From a virus, in IMG/VR virus record IMGVR_UViG_3300044701_004608, positions 1 to 64,000 of that record: a DNA stretch of 64,000 nt. The stretch is one strand, 5' to 3'. Positions 57,662 through 64,000 of the stretch are shown one piece after another (positions within the stretch are counted from its first letter, which is position 1; every line of letters begins with the position of its first letter). The position numbers and the translations under genes were made by a program. The notes beneath the pieces are model-generated. The model did no database searches. It saw only the letters and a list, made by a program, of their open reading frames with translations, and was not told where the DNA came from.

Positions 57662-57699
57662 TACTTACATCGTAGAAGCCAAGGAAAACTAGTACTTGG
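57662..57699 (-). promoter_or_regulatory. CCAAG-N11-CTTGGC-N10-TAAGTA upstream of the LuxR gene
   Basis: Matches 56273-56309. Confidence 0.6.
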
Positions 57700-57880
57700 A
57701 CGCGGGTCATACTTCATTAGGGTCTCGGTATGACTGTTGTATACAAAGATACACGATATTTTTTCACAGTCAATACTCCCGGGAGTATGTATTTCGTCGT
57801 GCGGCACAACACGCATTAAGATATTTTGACACATCCACCACAAAAAAAAACGGCACCTTAGTGCCGTCAATAACTATATG

Positions 57881-58213
57881 TCAGTGTGTGTTGAGACTTG
57901 GTGAATATTGCCGAATCAATTCACGCTCACGGGCATGGGCGGGTTTGCGTCCACGCACGATCTCGATGAGACCGTAAGTGTGAGCTTCGGGGCCATGCTC
58001 TCTAATACTTTCGCATAGTGCCCATGACTTGTTTTCGGTGAGTGCTCTGCGGATGTGCTTCTGGATGCGGATTTTAAGAGCGCGGCGTACTTGGCTACCG
58101 CACACAGTGATGCCGATATACTGCTCGCCAGTCTGGGTGTTAGTGATACAGTAGACAGCATGTTTGGTGTCCTGTCTACGGCGTCTTTTTGGGGTGGGAT
58201 TTCTCATTTCCAT
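57881..58213 (-). CDS. GIY-YIG nuclease domain protein
   Basis: VYCI...YIGIT...R...H, E.ELI....P.LN. Confidence 0.85.
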   Translation of the reverse strand: MEMRNPTPKRRRRQDTKHAVYCITNTQTGEQYIGITVCGSQVRRALKIRIQKHIRRALTENKSWALCESIREHGPEAHTYGLIEIVRGRKPAHARERELIRQYSPSLNTH

Positions 58214-58219
58214 AATAAT

Positions 58220-58248
58220 ATTATACGAAAATGGGAATAATTGGTCAA
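58220..58248 (-). promoter_or_regulatory. Early promoter TTGACC-N17-TATAAT
   Basis: Hexamers plus ATTCCCATTT spacer. Confidence 0.8.
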
Positions 58249-58254
58249 CCAAAA

Positions 58255-58335
58255 GGTTAGTATGCGCTAACCTATTGATTTTGGGGGGTTAGTGTGTACT
58301 AACTTAGTATTACCTCGGGTTAGTACACACTAACC
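58255..58335. repeat. Three phased 18-bp palindromic boxes GGTTAG-N6-CTAAC(C/T)
   Basis: Copies start at 58255, 58287 and 58318. Confidence 0.8.
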
Positions 58336-58374
58336 AATCGCGTTCGCAATATTATTACTATTTGGTCAACCTGT

Positions 58375-58590
58375 TTAATGTAGTGTCCGTTGTCCACCGA
58401 ACTCGTCGATGCCAAACATAGCCAGCAGTTCTATCACGGACTCGGGTACTTCTGTCACGTCGGCCGCATGTGGGATGAAGACGCTTTTGAGTTCCCCATC
58501 TGGACCTAATATAAAACCGTAATCACCTTCGCCTAATTCATCATCGAATGCGTCACCAATGCTGATTTCATTTTCCTGATCTTTTAACAT
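58375..58590 (-). CDS. Hypothetical acidic protein
   Basis: ORF track. Confidence 0.7.
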   Translation of the reverse strand: MLKDQENEISIGDAFDDELGEGDYGFILGPDGELKSVFIPHAADVTEVPESVIELLAMFGIDEFGGQRTLH

Positions 58591-59194
58591 GGTCTGGCTC
58601 CAGTCGTTTTAGATATTTAACTATTTCTTTTTCGAGTTTTCGTACTATATTTGGATCGGCCACGAAGAGTCCTTCGTAGATTTTGTACATGGCTGTCTCG
58701 TGATAATCGATACCGTGTACTAGAGAATCTGCCGCGATGCTGAATCCGTATGCTTCGATCTCTTCAGTGGCACCTAGATATTCTTGTTCGTTCTTGGTCG
58801 CGGGGTCAGTGTCCTCGCTGATATACGGACGATTTTTTTCTTTCTTGTGATGCTGTTTTTGATGTACATGTTCGTGGCCTACGCATTCCGCGACATCAAA
58901 GGCTAGTCTCTCCCAATCGATGATGTCAACGAAATATACTTCTTGTTGGGGGTGGTAGCAAAGATCTATATCTATCGATGGCTCGCCGACTGATTCGTTC
59001 CAACAATCATATATCCCTGCCACTAATATCATGTCCGGAGCGACCGCTTCATCTCTCACGGTACGGAAACGGTATTCGTGCCCGTGTACTGCCCGGCGCA
59101 ATATCTTCGTGATATCAGACGGTGACTTTTTTTGACCATGATACCTACCAGGGATATCTAGTATCCTGCGGTACAGGTCAAAAAAGTCGTACAT
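58568..59194 (-). CDS. Hypothetical protein, possible zincin-like (HEHVH...EIEAY)
   Basis: HExxH motif. Confidence 0.6.
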   Translation of the reverse strand: MYDFFDLYRRILDIPGRYHGQKKSPSDITKILRRAVHGHEYRFRTVRDEAVAPDMILVAGIYDCWNESVGEPSIDIDLCYHPQQEVYFVDIIDWERLAFDVAECVGHEHVHQKQHHKKEKNRPYISEDTDPATKNEQEYLGATEEIEAYGFSIAADSLVHGIDYHETAMYKIYEGLFVADPNIVRKLEKEIVKYLKRLEPDHVKRSGK

Positions 59195-59201
59195 CTATCT
59201 A

Positions 59202-59507
59202 TTATTTGAAAAGTATCAGTGCCATCAACGATGCTTGGATCACGAAACCGATGCTGATAGTGATCATTATCACCAGGTCTTTGACTAATATAGATCTGAT
59301 GAAATATAACAGCAATGATGTCCATACGAAAAACACGACATCTATGCTTGGTACTTTATCAGTCAGTCCTTTGAGCACGGCCAGCAGGCTTGGGATAGTC
59401 GCCGCATGTAACATCACGACAGCGAGCCAACCCATGGTGTCTGCGCCCATGCGGCCGAGATTGGTTTTAAGATAATTCTTTGCGGTATCAAACAATGATT
59501 TAAACAT
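59202..59507 (-). CDS. Small three-TM membrane protein
   Basis: Hydrophobic ORF. Confidence 0.75.
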   Translation of the reverse strand: MFKSLFDTAKNYLKTNLGRMGADTMGWLAVVMLHAATIPSLLAVLKGLTDKVPSIDVVFFVWTSLLLYFIRSILVKDLVIMITISIGFVIQASLMALILFK

Positions 59508-60106
59508 CAGATATCCTTACTTTTATCTTTGTAAAAAATATGTCTACCGATCTTGGTGATCTTTTCTTTGTTCCAGCGAGGGTTGACATAATCGGCATGA
59601 TAATACAAGGCGCTATTGAGTCCGGGAAGTCTAAAGTTTTCTAATAGCACACGTTTGGCTACATCATAGCTTTCTTGGTAGACCGTATCATTGACTGGTC
59701 GCTGGCGATGCGTGCCATCACAGTACCAGCTGAACTGGCAGACCACTTTTTCATAGACGATATTCTTTTGATAAACTACCTGGCAGATCTCGCTGGGGAA
59801 TTGTCCCGAAGCGGCCCGGTTCAATGTCACTTGGGCGACTGCTACTTTGCCTTCGAATGATTCATATCCTGCTTCTTTGTAGATATTCATCGCCAAGCAT
59901 GAAAGTTGTTTGTCCCGGTCGGCCATGGTCACGAAATTCTGTTTCCAGGGTGCGCCGGACGATTTGAGTTTGTCGAACTTGTGATCAGTCACGAAGGTGA
60001 TCACCGAAACTGCTAATACCACAGAGACGAAGGCCATGAATACTTCTACCAACATCTCCACTACTTTTGAAGTCGACGAATCATCTGCTAATGTTACGAA
60101 TTGCAT
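59507..60106 (-). CDS. Cell wall hydrolase, SleB/Hydrolase_2 family
   Basis: CLA.NIY.EA, VAQVTLNR, CQFSW, YYHADYV.P.W, IGRHIFY. Confidence 0.92.
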   Translation of the reverse strand: MQFVTLADDSSTSKVVEMLVEVFMAFVSVVLAVSVITFVTDHKFDKLKSSGAPWKQNFVTMADRDKQLSCLAMNIYKEAGYESFEGKVAVAQVTLNRAASGQFPSEICQVVYQKNIVYEKVVCQFSWYCDGTHRQRPVNDTVYQESYDVAKRVLLENFRLPGLNSALYYHADYVNPRWNKEKITKIGRHIFYKDKSKDI

Positions 60107-60247
60107 TGTTTTCGTTCTCCTTTTTTAAGAGTCTAAGTTATGTAGTGCTCTATAGTGATAGAAAAACACCGCTATAACCCAATATAATAGTATATTATAG
60201 CGGTTTTTTAGTACGAAATCAAGGTTTTCTGGGGTTTTAATCTGGGC

Positions 60248-62233
60248 TTATGTAGCCAGATTACGGCCTTCGTAGAGAGCGGCGATCACAGCATCACCAC
60301 CTCTGGAATCTGCGGATAGGCCCAATTCTTCGATGAATCGGCCCAAACCTAAGTTCTGTTTGTCCACACCATATTGATGTAGTTTTTCAGCGAAACCGGT
60401 CACTCCCATATATCCAGTGGGGCCATCGTATTTGAGATTTATGCTGGCGGCGGTGAGTGCGCCTTGCTCTTGATCCAGCGCCATTTGTATCTGGGCCAAC
60501 GCTTTATTGACTTTATCTACATCAACTGGATTTGGTAATGTCTTCGAAACAGAAACTAGATATTGTAGATGCTCGAGTATAGGGCCCTCTGAGGATATAG
60601 ATCCCAACATCTGGAATACGCCCGGAGTTCCGTTTGGTGTGGCTGTTGCTGGAACAGGTGGCTCTTCGGGGCGCGGAGAACCGATAGCCGCCAGATCAGG
60701 CAGACCACGATTCAGACGTTCAGTGTTCACACGATCCCAAACGATATGGTCATCACCGGTATAAGTGAGATCCTCGTCAGGTGTTTTCGTGTACAACGAT
60801 GTATCGATGGCGCCACCGGCTGCGAATCCGTCCATCTTTAATGGAATGCTAGGGACGCCAGGTATGTTAGGTACCTTGGGTATATGTCCGGGCATCGATG
60901 GTGCGCTGAGATTTTTAGGAATGCTTATACCCGACAAGGAGAACATCTCCGATAGCCCTTCCCGTGACTCGTCGGGTACCAATGCTTCATTCATCGGTGG
61001 CAGGGATAACGATGTAAATTTACCTTTGAGAGAATCGCTGAGTTGGCTGAAATCGGGAGGGGCTGCCATGAGATGCTTGAGATCAGGGACTTTAGTTCCA
61101 GAAAGTTTTTTCCCGATATCCGAGAAATTTCCAGTACCAGCTACTGTTTGTAATCCAGCGCCTAACGACGACATATCTCCGCCACCGGAAAAACTGGTAG
61201 ATGATGCTTCTGCATCTTTCTCAGGTTGTGGGGATCCAATCTCTTCTAGCCCGGGCAAGTTTCTTTTAAGACGCTCAGCATTGACCCTCTCCCATACGAT
61301 ATAATCGTCCCCGGTGTAAGTGAGATCCTCGTCGGCGGTTTTAGCATAAAGTGCTCCTGTAAACGGGACATCAAATTTTGGAGCGCCGGCTGCTGATGGT
61401 GTCGCTGACAACGCGGCCGGAGAAAGTACTTTAGAAGCATCAAGCGCATCGCCAAGATTACCTAGTTTTTCTACTGGGAATCCGGTCGACCTTCCTACCG
61501 CTAAAAGGTCGCTGCCCCCGACTTCCGACAAGACTTTTTTCAAAGTAGTTTCGTCATCGTCTGACAGGTCGTTGATATCAATGCCTGCGCTCGATAGTCT
61601 TTCAGTGACCGAACTAGGTAATGCTCCTTGGGCACTGAGGTTCTTAATCAATGATGAAGCTTTGCCTAAGTCAGCTAGGGAATTAGTATCATACATAGAA
61701 CCAAATCCCTTGAGGTTGTCCCCCAACTTGGACATAGCAGCGGCTCCGCCGGGGAAAGAACCAGTCTTGCCGCCTGTGACGAGATCCTGAATATTATTGA
61801 TGTTGGGACCAAAGTCAGTGAATGATTTAAAAGAGTTTAAGGCCGCGGCCGAATCTAATATACCATTACTAGTGGCAGATGCCCCGCTCGATGCCTGGAA
61901 GATACTGACGAATCTTCGTATCGCTTGTTCATCGGGTACGATCTGATATGTTCCCTGGTCATCGAATTGGACTGTGCCTAACAAACGTCCAATACGTGCT
62001 CGAAGATTACCTAGAACGACCGACCGTGGTAGATCTGCTAAATCTGATGCTCCAGGCCATAACTCGGTCACTGTTGGTTCTTCGCCTTCGGCGACAGGAG
62101 TACTACTCGTACCAGTCCACTCTTCGAGCTTTTTACAATCCACGATAGCATCTAGTATGTCTCTAGATGGTGCTAGTCCATCACCTTTGAGCAGGAAATC
62201 CATCGCTAATAAAACTATAGGAGTCTGTGCCAT
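60248..62233 (-). CDS. Large hypothetical protein, probably tail/baseplate-associated, with an internal 43-aa duplication
   Basis: Follows PAAR gene; repeats at 61223-61351 and 60668-60796. Confidence 0.7.
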   Translation of the reverse strand: MAQTPIVLLAMDFLLKGDGLAPSRDILDAIVDCKKLEEWTGTSSTPVAEGEEPTVTELWPGASDLADLPRSVVLGNLRARIGRLLGTVQFDDQGTYQIVPDEQAIRRFVSIFQASSGASATSNGILDSAAALNSFKSFTDFGPNINNIQDLVTGGKTGSFPGGAAAMSKLGDNLKGFGSMYDTNSLADLGKASSLIKNLSAQGALPSSVTERLSSAGIDINDLSDDDETTLKKVLSEVGGSDLLAVGRSTGFPVEKLGNLGDALDASKVLSPAALSATPSAAGAPKFDVPFTGALYAKTADEDLTYTGDDYIVWERVNAERLKRNLPGLEEIGSPQPEKDAEASSTSFSGGGDMSSLGAGLQTVAGTGNFSDIGKKLSGTKVPDLKHLMAAPPDFSQLSDSLKGKFTSLSLPPMNEALVPDESREGLSEMFSLSGISIPKNLSAPSMPGHIPKVPNIPGVPSIPLKMDGFAAGGAIDTSLYTKTPDEDLTYTGDDHIVWDRVNTERLNRGLPDLAAIGSPRPEEPPVPATATPNGTPGVFQMLGSISSEGPILEHLQYLVSVSKTLPNPVDVDKVNKALAQIQMALDQEQGALTAASINLKYDGPTGYMGVTGFAEKLHQYGVDKQNLGLGRFIEELGLSADSRGGDAVIAALYEGRNLAT

Positions 62234-62234
62234 G

Positions 62235-62522
62235 TTAACCTCCTATATCTACATCAGGGCTTCCAGCAGCAACGATGTGACCACATTCAAATGGGTCTCC
62301 GACTCGCGCGGCGGCACGGCCTTCAATGAATACTGTTGACGATGCCGCCACGATGGGATTAGGCACATGCGGTGGGTGAGGAGGACCATAAGGCGCATGG
62401 TCTACGTCTAAGCTGCCTATAATAGCCGCAGGAAGACCGTTAGTAAACACGGTAGTAGCGACGTCGGCGTTGACCATTCCGTCACTATTATCTGGGTCTG
62501 TTTTTCTTGCGGCCGCCGGCAT
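62235..62522 (-). CDS. PAAR-domain baseplate spike tip
   Basis: MPAAAR, AAARVGD..CGH. Confidence 0.9.
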   Translation of the reverse strand: MPAAARKTDPDNSDGMVNADVATTVFTNGLPAAIIGSLDVDHAPYGPPHPPHVPNPIVAASSTVFIEGRAAARVGDPFECGHIVAAGSPDVDIGG

Positions 62523-62812
62523 TATAGTGCGATTCCCGTTGTAGTCTGTATGTAATGATTCTTGATCGCATCGCTGGTCAATGCCATCATCATGATATGT
62601 TGACGCAGTAATTCGATAGGCTTACCATTGTCCACGCTGAACATCACTGGCATGATTCCCAGACCGTTTTGATTAGGGATTACCACGAAGGGTTTTTCGA
62701 TCTTGAATCCGTCGCTGATTTTTTCCGTGACTTTGGCCACGATCTCGTCACCATTGACGAGCTTGAATGACACGACGTCATTGACGTCTATAGTTGAAGG
62801 GCTGATTAACAT
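62522..62812 (-). CDS. Hypothetical phage protein, Sm-like
   Basis: KLVNGDEIVAK...Y.Q.TTGI. Confidence 0.75.
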   Translation of the reverse strand: MLISPSTIDVNDVVSFKLVNGDEIVAKVTEKISDGFKIEKPFVVIPNQNGLGIMPVMFSVDNGKPIELLRQHIMMMALTSDAIKNHYIQTTTGIAL

Positions 62813-63060
62813 TATCTTCCTAATCTCTCATTGAGTTCTTCTGTGGATAGTTTTGAAAGGCCCATCCAACCGCCTTCTACGAATAATTCACCGTCTTTAT
62901 AGATCTGTGGTACAGTACGATGATTCTGGCTACGCAAAAATTCTCTCGCAGCTTCGTCCTCTTCGATGTTGACTTCCTGGAAGTCGATACCACGGGCCTT
63001 TAGCAAATTCTTGGCGTTGACGCAGTAAGGGCACACGGTTTTTGAATAAACAGTCAGCAT
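62812..63060 (-). CDS. Glutaredoxin
   Basis: CPYC, TVPQI, GG. Confidence 0.93.
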   Translation of the reverse strand: MLTVYSKTVCPYCVNAKNLLKARGIDFQEVNIEEDEAAREFLRSQNHRTVPQIYKDGELFVEGGWMGLSKLSTEELNERLGR

Positions 63061-63144
63061 TTTTTACCTCTTTGTTATTGTTTTTCATAGGAAAAGCCAG
63101 CGCAATATCCTTGTTAGATATTTATCGCTGGCTTTCTTGGGGGT

Positions 63145-64000
63145 TTAAAGACTGAAACCTTTAAAGGTGTCGTTGGTGACGTCCTGTTTGGTTCCGCCTA
63201 TCACATAGGTGGTGATTTCAGTTTCTTGTGGTGCCACTTGTACTTCGGCACCGGCGATCCACTTAGCGGTCCATGGCAATGGGTTCGAGCCAGGTTTGAT
63301 GCCACAGTTGAGTCCCACAGCAGTCATGCGCTTACACAATACCCAGTCCACATAGTCGCAGAGAAGTTGCTTGTTCAAGCCGATCATGCTGCCGTCTTTG
63401 AACAAATATTCAGCCCAGGACTTTTCCTGCTCGGCGGCTTCGAAATAGATCTGTTCGCATTCTCTCTGGGTCTCTTCGCGGATCTCAGCAAACTCCGGGT
63501 CATCTTGTGGCAGCAATTTGAGTAAGGTTTGCGTGGACCCTAAATGTATGTTTTCATCCCGGCAGATGAGCTTGATGATCTTGGCATTGCCTTCCATCTT
63601 CTTGAGTTCAGCGAAGGCCCAGGAGCAAGCGAACGAAACATAAAAACGGATGCCTTCTAGGGCATTCACTGATGTCAGTGCCAACCACAGTTTCTTCTTG
63701 AGATCTCTGCGATCGACTACTACTGTTTGACCATTGACAGTGTGAGTACCTTCGCCCAAGACTTGATACCATTGGCTAGCATCGATGAGTTCATCATAGT
63801 AACGGCTGATGCCAACGGCACAGTCCACGATCTCTTTGGTGTCCAAGAGTTCGTCGAAGATCTTAGAAGGATCCGAATACACGTTACGGATGATGTGGGT
63901 GTAACTGCGACTGTGGATGGTCTCGTTGAACGCCCAAGTCTCGATCCAAGTCTCTAGTTCAGGTAGGCTGGCCAGTGGCAGGAATGCCAGATTGGGACTG
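63145..64000 (-). CDS. nrdB: Ribonucleotide reductase class Ia beta subunit, 5'-truncated by the window
   Basis: ETIHSRSY, LEGIRFYVSF, RDENIH, VAPQETE. Confidence 0.96.
   Translation of the reverse strand, partial: SPNLAFLPLASLPELETWIETWAFNETIHSRSYTHIIRNVYSDPSKIFDELLDTKEIVDCAVGISRYYDELIDASQWYQVLGEGTHTVNGQTVVVDRRDLKKKLWLALTSVNALEGIRFYVSFACSWAFAELKKMEGNAKIIKLICRDENIHLGSTQTLLKLLPQDDPEFAEIREETQRECEQIYFEAAEQEKSWAEYLFKDGSMIGLNKQLLCDYVDWVLCKRMTAVGLNCGIKPGSNPLPWTAKWIAGAEVQVAPQETEITTYVIGGTKQDVTNDTFKGFSL

Noticed and set aside
57881-58213. Intron-encoded homing endonuclease
   Set aside because: Free-standing with its own promoter and terminator; no interrupted gene or intron core seen
58255-58335. 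Mini CRISPR array
   Set aside because: 18-bp units with 13-14 bp gaps, variable cores and no cas genes; better explained as operator boxes
100-63957. Many plus-strand ORFs in the track overlapping minus-strand genes
   Set aside because: Antisense shadows of well-supported genes, without RBS or motifs
1-64000. Bacterial chromosome origin or alternative genetic code
   Set aside because: T4-like promoters, PAAR, dense small ORFs and mosaic auxiliary genes indicate a phage; known genes are intact in the standard code

Overview
64 kb of a large T4-like (myovirus-type) phage genome, probably freshwater and probably infecting a Betaproteobacterium (inference). Genes are densely packed, mostly on the minus strand, in the standard code. 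Phage evidence: nrdB, glutaredoxin, PAAR, SleB-type hydrolase, GIY-YIG nuclease, GH19 lysozyme, sigma70-type early promoters and many T4-late-like (N)TAAATA boxes. Host-like auxiliary genes include DctP, TctC/TctA, ahpC/ahpF, two ClpP-family proteases, clpS, hsp20, rpsU, uvsE, speD, a desaturase, an amidinotransferase and a UDP-sugar dehydrogenase. Highlights: (1) a LuxR-headed operon (51.4-57.7 kb) with Gly/Tyr/Pro-rich micropeptides, proteins sharing a C-terminal NTGxM...QTSTPT motif, four modular fibre-like proteins, two helical paralogues, a HiPIP-like protein and a shared operator-promoter motif; (2) a curli-type secretion operon (csgF, csgG, curlin-repeat proteins, FecR) near a CHASE2 cyclase, with a hairpin that holds a late promoter in its loop and covers the csgF RBS; (3) a run of enzymes with a T4 capsid-targeting-like N-terminus (MRAxEFxxE); (4) a permuted two-piece tmRNA; (5) an OxyR-like box at ahpC and a ROSE-like thermometer at hsp20. 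All product calls come from motif recognition by eye; no database search was run.
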